From assembly GCA_965116255.1 (NCBI GenBank), contig OZ220670.1, positions 1,009,467 to 1,073,466 on the forward strand: a stretch of 64,000 nucleotides of DNA, given 5' to 3'. Below the pieces are notes generated by a model that saw only the letters and a program-made list of their open reading frames with translations, was not told the origin of the DNA and did not search any database. Source of the DNA: Dehalococcoidia bacterium (lineage in GTDB: Bacteria > Chloroflexota > Dehalococcoidia > Lucifugimonadales > Australimonadaceae). Positions within the stretch are counted from its first letter, which is position 1; each line of letters starts with the position of its first letter. Below, piece after piece: positions 46,693 to 58,900 of this stretch. The position numbers and the translations under genes are program-made.

Positions 46693-47211
46693 GTGACGCT
46701 GGCCCTCTTCTACGTCGTCAGTTTCACCGCGTTGCTTGCGGCTGTGGGCGTCGTTACGGCGCAGAACATCGTCTACGCCGCCCTGTTCCTGCTCCTTGCG
46801 CTGGGAGCGGTTGCCGCGCTGTTCGTCCTGCTGTTCGCAGAGTTCCTGGCGCTGGTGCAGGTGCTCATCTACGGAGGCGCCATCATTATCGTCATCCTGT
46901 TCGCGCTGATGCTGACGCGGCGCACCGAGGCGGAGCACGTTGGCGAGCACCGGCGCTGGCCGGTCGCTGCGCTGGTGAGCATAGGGCTCTTCGCTCTGCT
47001 CGCGGCGGCCTTCGTCACAGACTCCGGTCGATTCGGTGCGAATGAGCGCACAGCGGTCGGCGTGCGCGAGCTGGGCACAGCGCTGTTCGAGCGCTGGGCC
47101 ATCCCCTTCGAGGTCGCATCCGTCGTCTTGCTGGTTGCGCTGGTGGGCGCGGTCGTCATCGCCCGCTCCGGCGGCGCCGGCGAGCAGGCGGAAGAGGAGG
47201 AGCAGCCGTGA
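46693..47211 (+). CDS. nuoJ: NADH-quinone oxidoreductase subunit J
   Basis: ND6-like five-TM protein (…VQVLIYGGAIIIV…). Confidence 0.85.
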   Translation: MTLALFYVVSFTALLAAVGVVTAQNIVYAALFLLLALGAVAALFVLLFAEFLALVQVLIYGGAIIIVILFALMLTRRTEAEHVGEHRRWPVAALVSIGLFALLAAAFVTDSGRFGANERTAVGVRELGTALFERWAIPFEVASVVLLVALVGAVVIARSGGAGEQAEEEEQP

Positions 47212-47513
47212 CGCTGCTGCACTTCCAACTCCTGAGCGCGGCGCTGTTCTGCCTCGGCCTCTACGGCGTGCTCGCACGACGCAATGCGGTCGTCGTGCTC
47301 ATGTCGGTCGAGCTGATGCTGAACGCGGTCAACGTCATCCTCGTCGCATTCGCAGCCTACGGCTCGCCCGACCCCACGACGGGGCTGGTGGTCGCGATTT
47401 TCGTCATCACCATTGCAGCTGCGGAGGTTGCACTGGCAATGGCCATCATCTTGCGCCTGTTTCGCAGCAAAGGCTCGGTCAACATCGACACGCTCGACAG
47501 GATGCGAGGCTAG
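47208..47513 (+). CDS. nuoK: NADH-quinone oxidoreductase subunit K
   Basis: ND4L-like three-TM protein (…LMSVELMLNAVNV…, …AAAEVALAMAII…). Confidence 0.9.
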   Translation: MTLLHFQLLSAALFCLGLYGVLARRNAVVVLMSVELMLNAVNVILVAFAAYGSPDPTTGLVVAIFVITIAAAEVALAMAIILRLFRSKGSVNIDTLDRMRG

Positions 47514-47516
47514 GCC

Positions 47517-49397
47517 GTGGAGTGGGCGTGGGTCATCCCCGTCCTCGGCTTCGCGGCCTTTGGGCTTATCGCCCTCGGCGGGGAGGCCTTACCCGACCGC
47601 GGCCGCTTTGTCTCCATCCTCGCCATCGTCGCCGGGTTCGTCGTCTTCTGGCCGGTGCTGGTCGACTTCATCGGCGAGGGAGTCGGCTTCTACCACTACC
47701 AGGTTGATTGGTTCTCGATCGGCGACCTGACCGTCGCATGGGGCATCCTCGTCGACCCGCTGACGGTGGTGATGCTCGGGCTGGTGACGTTCGTGGCGGC
47801 GGCTATACAGGTCTACTCCCTGGGGTACATGGCCAGGGACAAGCGCTTGCCGTGGTACTTCGCCGTCCAATCGCTCTTTGCCGCGGCGATGCTGACCCTG
47901 GTGCTCGCCGACAACCTGCTGCTCCTCTACTTCGCCTGGGAACTGGTCGGCTTGTGCTCGTACCTCCTCATCGGGTTCTGGTACGAGCGGCGGTCGGCGG
48001 CGGAGGCTGCGAAGAAGGCCTTCGTCACGACGCGCATCGGCGACGTCGGGCTGCTGATCGGCATCATCCTGCTCTTCGTGCATACCGGCACGTTCGACAT
48101 TACGGAGGTGCTGCGGCAGGTCACCAGTCCCGCACCCGGCGAGGAGTTGAGCAATGCGCTCATCACCGGGAGCGCGTTGCTTGTCTTCCTCGGTGCAGCG
48201 GGAAAGTCGGCGCAGTTTCCACTGCACGTGTGGCTGCCCGATGCGATGGAGGGGCCGACGCCGGTCAGCGCCCTCATCCACGCTGCGACGATGGTGACGG
48301 CGGGCGTGTTCCTGGTCGCCCGCATGCTGCCGCTCTTCGAGGCGTCGGGCGCTGCGATGGAGGTGGTTGCCGCCGCCGGACTGGTTACCGCGCTGGCAGG
48401 CGGCGCAATGGCGCTGGTCAGCACGGACATCAAGCGCATTCTCGCATTCTCGACGATGAGCCATCTGGGCTTCATGATGCTCGCGCTCGGCGCAGGCGGA
48501 TTCACGGCGGCCATCTTCCACCTGCTCACGCACGGCATCGCAAAGGCCATGCTCTTCCTGGCTGCGGGCTCCGTTATGCACGCGCTCCACGAGGAGACGG
48601 ACATCCGCAAGATGGGCGGGCTGCGCCGCCGTATGCCCGTTACCGCTGCGGCATTCGGCATCGGAGCGCTGGCGCTTGCGGGCATCCCGCCGCTCTCCGC
48701 CTTCTGGTCGAAGGACGAGATGCTGCTAGCGGTGCATCAGGGGCTGCACCCCGCCTACCTCCTCGCGTTTCTCGCCGCCATCGCGTTGAGCGCGCTGTAC
48801 ATGGCGCGCGTCGTCCGTGTCGCGTTCTTCGGCGCGCTGCCCAACGAGCACCGCCGCGCGCACGAGTCACCACGCGTGATGGCGCTGCCGCTCGTCGTCC
48901 TGGGCGTGCTCACGCTCCTCACCGGCTTCATCGCGCTACCCCTCGGCGGAGGATACGGAGGCATCGGCACCTTCCTGTATGAAGCGGTTCATGGGCAGCA
49001 CGACTTCAAGCTGAATGCTGTCCTGACCACCGCCAGCATCGTCCTCGCCGTTGGCGGCTTTGCCGCGGGGTGGTGGCTCTACGACAGGCGTGCAGACTTG
49101 GTCGAGGCTGTGCGCGAGAGGCTTTCGCCGTTGCACCGAATGCTGGAGCGCCGCCTCTACCTGGACGACCTCTACCAGTGGGGCATCGACCGCATCGTCC
49201 TGCGCGTCGGGCAAGCGACTGCACTCTTTGACCGGCGAGTGATCAATGACAGGGGGGTCGACGGGCCGGCAGGTGCGACAGCCAAGGCCGGACGCGGACT
49301 ACGCCGCCACGTGACCGGCCTCTTCGCCGACTACGGCGCAGCGATGGTGGTCGGGGTGCTGGTCATCGGCGTCTTCCTCTGGATACGGGTGACGTAG
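47517..49397 (+). CDS. nuoL: NADH-quinone oxidoreductase subunit L
   Basis: ND5 antiporter-like subunit (…WELVGLCSYLLIGFW…, …HAATMVTAGVFLV…). 626 aa. Confidence 0.92.
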   Translation: MEWAWVIPVLGFAAFGLIALGGEALPDRGRFVSILAIVAGFVVFWPVLVDFIGEGVGFYHYQVDWFSIGDLTVAWGILVDPLTVVMLGLVTFVAAAIQVYSLGYMARDKRLPWYFAVQSLFAAAMLTLVLADNLLLLYFAWELVGLCSYLLIGFWYERRSAAEAAKKAFVTTRIGDVGLLIGIILLFVHTGTFDITEVLRQVTSPAPGEELSNALITGSALLVFLGAAGKSAQFPLHVWLPDAMEGPTPVSALIHAATMVTAGVFLVARMLPLFEASGAAMEVVAAAGLVTALAGGAMALVSTDIKRILAFSTMSHLGFMMLALGAGGFTAAIFHLLTHGIAKAMLFLAAGSVMHALHEETDIRKMGGLRRRMPVTAAAFGIGALALAGIPPLSAFWSKDEMLLAVHQGLHPAYLLAFLAAIALSALYMARVVRVAFFGALPNEHRRAHESPRVMALPLVVLGVLTLLTGFIALPLGGGYGGIGTFLYEAVHGQHDFKLNAVLTTASIVLAVGGFAAGWWLYDRRADLVEAVRERLSPLHRMLERRLYLDDLYQWGIDRIVLRVGQATALFDRRVINDRGVDGPAGATAKAGRGLRRHVTGLFADYGAAMVVGVLVIGVFLWIRVT

Positions 49398-49399
49398 CC

Positions 49400-50914
49400 A
49401 TGGACTACGCCGACCGGCACGTGCTCGAATCGCTCATCTACCTCCCCATGATTGCGGTGGTGGTACTGCTGCTCGTCCCGGGGCGCCACAGGGAGGTCGT
49501 CCGCTACGTCGGCGTCACGACGGGGTTGTTGCTGCTGGTGGGCTCGGTCTACGTCTTCTGGTCTTTCGAGCCCAACTCCGAGGCCCTCTTCCAGCTGCAG
49601 CGCACCTATTCGTGGTTGCCCCAGCTAGGCATCGACCTGCGACTGGGCGTCGACGGCATCGGCGCGCTGATGGTGCTGCTGACGGGCATCGTCTCGGCGA
49701 CCGCCGCCATCATCGCGCTGACCGTCGACAGGGAGCCGAAGCCCTACTACATCCTGCTCTACCTTCTCATCACCGGGGTCTATGGCACGTTCGTATCGAC
49801 CGACCTGTTCTTCCTCTTCTTCTTCTACGAGCTGGCCGTCGTTCCGATGTACTTGCTCATCGGGGTATGGGGCTCCAGCTCCACCTTCCCCACCTTCTCG
49901 CGGACGAAGGAATACGGGGCGATGAAGCTGACGCTGATGCTGGTGGCCGGCTCGGTATTGGTATGGGTCGCCATAATCGCGATCTACGTCACCGCAGGCA
50001 TCGACACCTTCGACATCGCAGCGCTGAAGGACGCGACGAACGACGGCGCGCTATCGGGCACCTTCCAGCGCATCTTCTTCCCGCTCGTGATGGTCGGCTT
50101 CGGCGTGCTGGCGGGCCTGTGGCCATTCCATACCTGGTCGCCCGACGGCCACGTCGCGGCTCCGACGTCGGTGAGCATGCTGCACGCCGGCGTCCTGATG
50201 AAGCTCGGGGCGTTCGGCATCATCCGCGTGGGGTTGACGCTCCTGCCGTCCGGCGCGGAGGACTGGGCGCTGGTGCTCTTCATCCTGGCAACCGCCAACG
50301 TCATCTACGGCGCTATCTCAGCCATGGCCCAGACCGACCTGAAGTACGTGGTCGGCTACTCGAGCGTGAGCCACATGGGGTACGTCCTCATGGGCATTGC
50401 CACGCTGGAGACGCTTGGGCTGAGCGGCGCGGCGCTCCAGATGTTCTCGCACGGCGTCATGACGGCACTCTTCTTCCTTGTCGTCGGCGCCATCTACGAG
50501 CGCGCGCACACGCGCGACACCATGGTGCTCAACGGCCTCGCCTCCCGCATGGGGCTAACGACGACCTTCTTCGTCATCGCCGGGCTGACATCGCTGGGCC
50601 TGCCGGGGTTGAGCGGATTCGTTTCGGAGCTGCTGGTATTCATCGGCGCCTTCCGCACGCAGCCCATCCTCGGCGTCCTCGGCGTTGTCGGCGCGGCCAT
50701 CACTGCCGTCTACATCCTGCGGCTCATTGCGCGCGTCTTCTTCGGAGAGCGCTCGCGCGAGTGGAACCAACTGCCCGACCTGTCGCGCAAGGAATCGCTG
50801 GCTGCGGCGATGCTCGTCGTCCCGATTCTGCTGGTGGGCATCTACCCCCTGCCGTTCTTGCGCGTGCTCGACAACGTCGTCGCCGCGCTGGTCGCGCCTT
50901 TCGGAGGAGCGTAG
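49400..50914 (+). CDS. nuoM: NADH-quinone oxidoreductase subunit M
   Basis: ND4 homologue (…HTWSPDGHVAAPTSVSMLHAGVLMKLG…). 504 aa. Confidence 0.92.
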   Translation: MDYADRHVLESLIYLPMIAVVVLLLVPGRHREVVRYVGVTTGLLLLVGSVYVFWSFEPNSEALFQLQRTYSWLPQLGIDLRLGVDGIGALMVLLTGIVSATAAIIALTVDREPKPYYILLYLLITGVYGTFVSTDLFFLFFFYELAVVPMYLLIGVWGSSSTFPTFSRTKEYGAMKLTLMLVAGSVLVWVAIIAIYVTAGIDTFDIAALKDATNDGALSGTFQRIFFPLVMVGFGVLAGLWPFHTWSPDGHVAAPTSVSMLHAGVLMKLGAFGIIRVGLTLLPSGAEDWALVLFILATANVIYGAISAMAQTDLKYVVGYSSVSHMGYVLMGIATLETLGLSGAALQMFSHGVMTALFFLVVGAIYERAHTRDTMVLNGLASRMGLTTTFFVIAGLTSLGLPGLSGFVSELLVFIGAFRTQPILGVLGVVGAAITAVYILRLIARVFFGERSREWNQLPDLSRKESLAAAMLVVPILLVGIYPLPFLRVLDNVVAALVAPFGGA

Positions 50915-50917
50915 CGG

Positions 50918-52399
50918 ATGGACATCGACTTCACGCTGCTCATCCCCGAATTCGTCCTGGCAGGCGTCGGCCTGCTTGTGCTCGCGGTCGATATGGTGCT
51001 GCCGAGGGATCACGCCCGCCGCAACATTGTGCTCGCCGGCGTCGCAGCCGCGGGCCTGCTCGCAGCCCTGCTCTGGGGGATCTTCGACCTGCGAGGCGCC
51101 AACGAAGCTGTCCACAACGGCATCTACTTCGTCGATAGGTTCGCGCTCGTCTTCAAGGTCATCCTCATTGGCTCAGGCATCGGCGTCATTGGGATGTCGG
51201 TCGACTACGTCGGCAATCGCATGGAGCACCAGGGCGAGTACTACGCACTCATCGTCTTCTCCGTGCTAGGCGCCGTGATGATGGCAGCAGCGGGCGAGCT
51301 GCTGACGGCCTACATCGCGCTGGAGCTGCTCTCCTTCAGCCTCTACGCGCTGGTGGCGCTAGCGCGCCGCGATGCACGTTCGCCGGAGGCAAGCACCAAA
51401 TACATCCTGCTCGGCGCGATCTCCTCCGCCGTGCTGCTCTATGGCATCGGCATCATCTATGGCGTGACCGGGACCACCGTGTTCCGTGAGATGAGTGACA
51501 TGCCGCTGTTCACGCTTCTCAGCCCAACCGTCGTGGTCGGCGTCGTGATGCTGCTTGGGGGCATTGCCTTCAAACTGGCCGTGGTCCCCTTCCACCTCTG
51601 GACACCCGACGTCTATGAGGGTGCGCCGACGCCTATCACGGCGCATCTGTCCGTCCTGTCCAAGGCGGCAATGGTCGCGCTGGCGCTGCGCTTCTTCGCG
51701 GAAGGGCTGGTGTACACCTTCAACTCGTGGCAGCTGACGCTTGCCATCCTGGCGGCCGTGACGATGGTCGTCGGCACGCTGGTCGCGCTGGTGCAGACCA
51801 ACGTCAAGCGCCTCCTGGCCTATAGCAGCATCGCTCAGGTTGGATTCGTCATGGTCGGCCTTGCCGCGATTGTGGATGTGCCCGCTCAAGCGGGCAACAC
51901 GGCAGCCGCCAACGCCGTCGTGCTCCACGTCGCCGGCTACGCCTTCACCAACCTCGCCGCCTTCATGGTCGTGATGCTGGTGGAGTTGCACACTGGACGG
52001 GAGGACATGGACGGCTACAACGGGCTCGCATCCCGGGCGCCGCTGCTGGGGATGGCGATGACCGCATCCGTCTTCTCCCTCGCGGGCCTGCCAATCTTTG
52101 CCGGATTCGTCACCAAGTTCTACCTCTTCACCGCAGCGGCAGGCGCTGAGATGCTCTGGCTCGTCATCGTCGCGACGCTCGCAAGCCTGGTGTCGCTCTA
52201 CTACTACTTGCAGATAGTCCGGCGCATGTACATCGGGAAGCCGGAAGGCGGCGCGCTGCTCATCTCCAACCTCGGGCGGGGGACGCTGCTCATCCTCTTC
52301 GCGGGCACTGTCGCCGTCGGCGTCTTCCCCGTGCCGTTTCTGGATGCGATAGAGGCGGGAGTAAGCGTGCTTCGCCCCTTCTTCGCGACGGCGGGCTGA
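50918..52399 (+). CDS. nuoN: NADH-quinone oxidoreductase subunit N
   Basis: ND2 homologue (…FHLWTPDVYEGAPTP…). 493 aa. Confidence 0.92.
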   Translation: MDIDFTLLIPEFVLAGVGLLVLAVDMVLPRDHARRNIVLAGVAAAGLLAALLWGIFDLRGANEAVHNGIYFVDRFALVFKVILIGSGIGVIGMSVDYVGNRMEHQGEYYALIVFSVLGAVMMAAAGELLTAYIALELLSFSLYALVALARRDARSPEASTKYILLGAISSAVLLYGIGIIYGVTGTTVFREMSDMPLFTLLSPTVVVGVVMLLGGIAFKLAVVPFHLWTPDVYEGAPTPITAHLSVLSKAAMVALALRFFAEGLVYTFNSWQLTLAILAAVTMVVGTLVALVQTNVKRLLAYSSIAQVGFVMVGLAAIVDVPAQAGNTAAANAVVLHVAGYAFTNLAAFMVVMLVELHTGREDMDGYNGLASRAPLLGMAMTASVFSLAGLPIFAGFVTKFYLFTAAAGAEMLWLVIVATLASLVSLYYYLQIVRRMYIGKPEGGALLISNLGRGTLLILFAGTVAVGVFPVPFLDAIEAGVSVLRPFFATAG

Positions 52400-52414
52400 T
52401 AGAATCGGCCTACC

Positions 52415-52951
52415 ATGTCAGCGAACGAGACGCCTCAGCCCACCGAGCGCCGAGCGCTCATCATCAGCGTGATCGGCGCAGGCGTTCCGAGCGAACGGGG
52501 CGCGGCGCTCGCCGAGGCCGTTGGCAGAGAGCTGGCCAAGCGCGGCTGCGTCGTCGCGTGCGGGGGTCTCGGGGGCGTGATGGAGGCGGCCGCGCGCGGA
52601 GCAAAGTCAGCCGGCGGCAAGACCATCGGCATCCTCCCCGGCAACGATTCGTCCACCGCCAACGAGTACATCGACTACCCCATCGTGACGGGCATGGGCC
52701 ACGCGCGAAACGCCATCGTTGTCAAGACGGGACGCGCGGTGATCGCCGTCGACGGCGCATACGGGACCCTATCGGAAATCGGGCACGCGCTGGCTGACGG
52801 CATACCCGTCATCGGTCTCGCGACCTGGGATCTGCCGCGGCGCGACGAACTGGCCCACCACATCGTCTACGCCCAATCCCCTACCGAGGCTGTCGAAAGC
52901 GCAGTCGCCGCAGCGCAAGCCAGGGCTATCGTGGCGGCTACGCAGGGCTAA
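52415..52951 (+). CDS. TIGR00725/LOG-like (SLOG) Rossmann-fold nucleotide-binding protein
   Basis: …VVACGGLGGVMEAAARGA…GILPG…PIVTGMGHARNAIVV… matches the TIGR00725 / lysine-decarboxylase-like family pattern. 178 aa. Confidence 0.65.
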   Translation: MSANETPQPTERRALIISVIGAGVPSERGAALAEAVGRELAKRGCVVACGGLGGVMEAAARGAKSAGGKTIGILPGNDSSTANEYIDYPIVTGMGHARNAIVVKTGRAVIAVDGAYGTLSEIGHALADGIPVIGLATWDLPRRDELAHHIVYAQSPTEAVESAVAAAQARAIVAATQG

Positions 52952-54262
<1,311 letters not shown>

Positions 54263-54308
54263 GTGAGCACCATCCTGCTAGTAGCATGACCGGCGGAAGG
54301 GGGCCTGC

Positions 54309-55316
54309 ATGAGCACGCGAATAGGCATCAACGGGTTTGGGCGCATCGGGCGGCAGGTGCTGCGGGCGACGCTCGAGCGCCACCCCGACGAGCTTGAGGT
54401 CGTCGCGGTCAACGACTTGGCCGACGACGCAACCAACGCCCACCTGTTCAAGTACGACACCAACTACGGCATCTATCCCGGCGAGGTGAGGGCGGGCGAC
54501 GGTTCGATTCAGGTCGACGGCCACGCCATCCGCTCGCTCAGCGAGCGCGACCCTGCCAAACTGCCGTGGGGCGACCTCGGGGTGGACATCGTCATCGAGT
54601 CCACAGGCGTGTTCACCGACGGGGAGAAGGCGGCCGGTCACGTCGAGGGCGGAGCGAAGAAGGTCATCATCTCAGCACCGGCCACCAACGTCGACAAGAC
54701 GCTGGTCATCGGCGTGAACGACGACGAGTACGACGACTCGATGCGCGTGGTGTCCAACGCCTCATGCACGACCAACTGCGTCGCGCAACTGATCAAGGTG
54801 CTGAACGACGGCTTCGGCATTCGCCGCGGTCTGATGAACACCGTCCACGCCTACACCAACGACCAGCAGATCCTCGACCAGTACCACAAGGACCTGCGCC
54901 GCGCCCGGGCAGCGGCACAGAACATCATCCCCACGACGACGGGCGCCGCTCGGGCGGTCGGCAGCGTCATCCCGGCGTTGAACGGCAAGCTGCACGGCAT
55001 GTCGCTCCGCGTGCCCGTCCCCACCGGCTCCATCACCGACTTCGTGGCGGAGTTGGAGGCGGACGTGAGCGTGGAGGAGGTAAACGACGCGTTCCGCCAG
55101 GCGGCGGAGGGCAAGCTGCACGGCGTCTTGTCCTACACGGAGGACCCCATCGTCTCCAGCGACATAAAGATGGACCCCCATTCGTGCATCTTCGACGCGC
55201 TCTCGACGATGGTGATGGAAGGCAGCATGGTGAAGGTGCTGGGTTGGTACGACAACGAATGGGGCTATTCCTGCCGCACGTCCGACCTGGCGGCGATGAT
55301 GGGTGCGCGCCTATAG
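54309..55316 (+). CDS. gap: glyceraldehyde-3-phosphate dehydrogenase
   Basis: NGFGRIGR (NAD-binding), active-site ASCTTNC, …WYDNEWGYS… 335 aa. Confidence 0.95.
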   Translation: MSTRIGINGFGRIGRQVLRATLERHPDELEVVAVNDLADDATNAHLFKYDTNYGIYPGEVRAGDGSIQVDGHAIRSLSERDPAKLPWGDLGVDIVIESTGVFTDGEKAAGHVEGGAKKVIISAPATNVDKTLVIGVNDDEYDDSMRVVSNASCTTNCVAQLIKVLNDGFGIRRGLMNTVHAYTNDQQILDQYHKDLRRARAAAQNIIPTTTGAARAVGSVIPALNGKLHGMSLRVPVPTGSITDFVAELEADVSVEEVNDAFRQAAEGKLHGVLSYTEDPIVSSDIKMDPHSCIFDALSTMVMEGSMVKVLGWYDNEWGYSCRTSDLAAMMGARL

Positions 55317-55326
55317 GCGGTGAGCG

Positions 55327-55896
55327 ATGGCGAACCGCATCGCAATCTTCATCGACGGGGCCTACCTCTACCGCGTGCTGCAGGACGAGTTCAACGGTGC
55401 GCGCATCGACTTCGGAGCGCTGTCCAAGGCGCTGGCTGGCGAGTCGGACCTGCTCCGCACCTACTACTACAACTGCCCGCTCTACCAGTCCGACTCGCCC
55501 ACCGAGGAGCAGCAGCGCCAGTACGAATCGCAGTACAACTTCTTCGAGACGCTTGAATCGCTGCCGCGCTACACCGTACGGTTGGGACGGTTGGCATACA
55601 GAGGCACTTCCATTGAGGGGCGCCCCATTTTTGAGCAGAAGGGCATCGACATGCGGCTCGGCATGGACCTCATCCAGCTGGCCACCAAGCATGCTATTCA
55701 GGAGGCTGTCGTCTTGACCGGAGACGCCGACTTCGTCCCTGCGCTGCGCGCCGCCAAGGCGGAGGGCGTCCTGATCCGCCTCTATCACGGCATTCGCCCG
55801 CGTGACGACCTGTGGCGCGAGGCCGACGAGCGCGTGCAAATCACCGATAGCCTTGTCGACGCCGTACCTTACATACCACGCTTCGCCGAAGAGTAG
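55327..55896 (+). CDS. NYN-domain (LabA/DUF88-like, PIN-related) protein
   Basis: IAIFIDGAYL… (first acidic residue), …GIDMRLGMD…, …VVLTGDADFVP… NYN catalytic acidic pattern. 189 aa. Confidence 0.75.
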   Translation: MANRIAIFIDGAYLYRVLQDEFNGARIDFGALSKALAGESDLLRTYYYNCPLYQSDSPTEEQQRQYESQYNFFETLESLPRYTVRLGRLAYRGTSIEGRPIFEQKGIDMRLGMDLIQLATKHAIQEAVVLTGDADFVPALRAAKAEGVLIRLYHGIRPRDDLWREADERVQITDSLVDAVPYIPRFAEE

Positions 55897-55936
55897 CGCC
55901 CCCGGACAGAACCGAGCCCTCCGATGGGTTTGGTGG

Positions 55937-58900
55937 GTGCTCGTGCCCTTCGCCATACTGCTCGCAGCGGGGGCGCTGCGCCTCTATGGCCTCGATTGGG
56001 ACGGCGGCTCGTTCTACCACCCTGACGAGCGTTCCATCTTCCTCCGCGCAGAGCAGATGCACCGTACGCTCATCGACGAGCCAGGATGGCAGGGTTATGC
56101 CAACCGCGACTTCCCTCTCGATGAACCAGGGTTTCCCAGCCCGGGTGCCCTCTTCGACGCCGACCGCAGCCCGCTGAACCCGCACTGGTTCCCGCTCGGT
56201 TCCATCATCATCTACCTGCTCGTCGGCGTGCGCTTCCTGCTCGAGCCCTTCATGGAGCAGGTCCGGATAGACGACCTGGCCATCGCCGGTCGCACCATCG
56301 CCGCGCTCGTCGATACGGCAGCCGTCCTGACGCTCTACGCCCTCGGCGCACGCGTGTTCGGACGGGGCGTCGGGGTGCTGGCGGCGGTGCTGGGCGCGTT
56401 TGCCGCGTTCGGGATCCAACTTGCCCACATCTACCGCCCCGAGCCCTTTGTCGTCCTGCTCGCGCTGGCCTCCTTCTGGGCCATGCTGAACGTCCTCGAG
56501 CGCGGACGACGGCGCGATCACGTCTACTTGGGCCTGGCCGTCGGCCTCTCATTCGCCTTCCGATCGACCTCCCTGCCATTGCTGATACCGATTGCCGTCA
56601 CCTACGGCGTGCTGGCGCTGCGGGCCTATCGCGAATCGCCGGACGGCGCACCGTTGCAGCGCGTGCGGCCAATCATCCTCCGCGCGCTCGGTGCGGGGGT
56701 GGCGGCGTTCGTCGTCTTCGCAGTGCTGCAGCCCTACGCGCTCCTGGACGTCGCAAAGTTCGTCGAGGACCAGGTGCGCGAGGCGGGCATCGGACGGACC
56801 GCCGGCACCGTGCCCTACACCCTCCAATACGTCGGTGAGGGCCTTGGGGTGTATGAGGTGCGGCAGTCTGCCGTCTGGGGGCTCGGCTTACCGCTGGGCA
56901 TCGTCGCGTGGACGGGGCTCGTCCTGAGCGCAGCGCGCGTTATTGGCGCATCACGCTGGGGCGCTCCGCCTATCGGCGAAGTGCTGATGGTCGCATGGGT
57001 GGTGCCGTTCGTGCTCGCGCTCATGCTCCTCGAGACGAAATTCCTGCGCTACATGGCCCCGGTCCTGCCGGTAATGGTGCTGTTAGGCGCGCGGTGGCTG
57101 CACCTGGCGCCGCAATGGCTTGCCAAGCACTCGCCCGCGCTGTCAACCGCTGGCACAGCGCTTGCGGTGTTTGTTGTCGGCGCTACCGCCTTCTTCGGAA
57201 TCGCATTCGTGCGTACCTACGGCGAGCCCCACCCCGCCATCGCCGCCTCCGAGTGGGTCAACGAGAACGTCCGGGCCGGCTCGACCATCCTCACCGACAA
57301 CCACTGGGACGAGGGCTTCCCGAATCTTGGCCGCTATCGGGTCGACCAACTGCGCATGTACGAGGGCGATAGCGTCCTCAAGGTGGCGGAGGTGGCAGGC
57401 CAGCTGGCGAACGCTGACTACGTCATGTCGTACAGCAACCGCGTGTTCGGGAGCATAACGCGCCTGCCGGAGCGCTACCCATCCTCCAGCGCTCTCTACC
57501 GCCTCCTCTTCGACGGCAAGCTGGGGTATAGATTGGAGCGCGCATTCGAGCGCTACCCTACCCTCGCCAACGTCTCATTCGCCCATGACCCCTTCACGCG
57601 CGCGGGCGTCGCCGCGCCGGGCTCGCTCCCGGGCACCGAACAGAGCGGCCTGGCGCTCAACCTGGGCTACGCAGACGAGAACGTCACGAACTACGACCGC
57701 CCCCTGGTGCTCGTGTGGGCGAACGAGGGGCGGCTGAACGCCGAAGAGATACGCGAGCGCGTACGGGAAGCCCGTGCAATCCTGCCCGAGCCCGCGCTCT
57801 TGAGCGCCGAGGCCGCAGCTGAGCAGCAGGCGGGCGGCACATGGAGCACCATCTTCGACACGTCCGGGCTCAATCGAGCCGCGCCATGGTTGGTATGGCT
57901 GGCGGCGATCGAGCTGATCTTCCTCGTCACGCTGCCGCTGGCCTCCCGCTTGCTGCGGCGTCTCCCGGACAACGGCCTCGTGCTCGCGCGGCCCCTGGGG
58001 CTGCTGCTCGTGGCGTGGCTCGTATGGCTGGGCGCATCGGTCGGGGTATGGAGCTTCAGCCAGCAAAGCGTGGGGATAGCCATCCTCCTCGTCGCCGGCG
58101 CCTCCGCGCTCATCGTGCGGCGGCAGTGGCGATTGCTCGCTCGCCTCGTGCGGCGGCGCTGGCGCTATTTCCTCACCGCAGAGGTGCTCTTTCTCGTCGC
58201 GTTCTTCGTATTCCTCGCCGTTCGCGCGGCTAATCCCGATCTCTGGCATGCGTGGCGCGGCGGCGAAAAGCCGATGGACCTCTCCTACCTCACGGCGGTC
58301 GTCCGTTCTTCGACCTTCCCCCCCTATGACCCCTGGTACGCAGGCGGCTACATCAACTACTACTACTTCGGGTTCGTCATCATCGGCGTGCTCGTCAAGG
58401 CCACGGGCATCGTGCCGGAGATTGCCTACAACCTTGCCGTGCCATTGCTCTTTGCGCTGACCGTCACCAGCGTGTTCGCCGTCGGCTACAACCTCGCCGA
58501 GGCCGTCCGCTGGCGGCGCTACCGGTGCACGCCTGCTTGGACGCCTCTCCTGGCGGGGGCCGTCGCGGCGCTGCTCGTCGCGGTGCTGGCCAACCTCGAC
58601 GGCGCGGCGCAACTGGTGCAGGGCGCGGTGCGCGTCTACCAGGGCGAGGCCTTCGGTGCGTTCGACTTCTGGCGCTCGAGCCGGTTGATGCCGGGGCAGA
58701 TCAGCATCACCGAGTTCCCGTTTTGGACGTTCCTATTCGCCGACCTGCACGCGCACCTGATCGCCATCCCCTTCGCCGTCCTCGCATTGGGAGCAGCACT
58801 CAACACCGCGCTGAGCGGCGGCGGCAGGGGCTGGACCGGCCGCGCGGGAGCAGTTGGCGTAACGGCGTTCGCCGTCGGCTCGCTGGCCGCGATCAACACC

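Noticed and set aside
55802-55936. Using the first in-frame ATG (55802) as the start of the giant membrane protein
   Set aside because: That would overlap the NYN gene by 95 nt and encode a Pro/Ser/Ala-rich non-membrane lead-in. The first GTG before the first TM helix is more plausible, though unproven.
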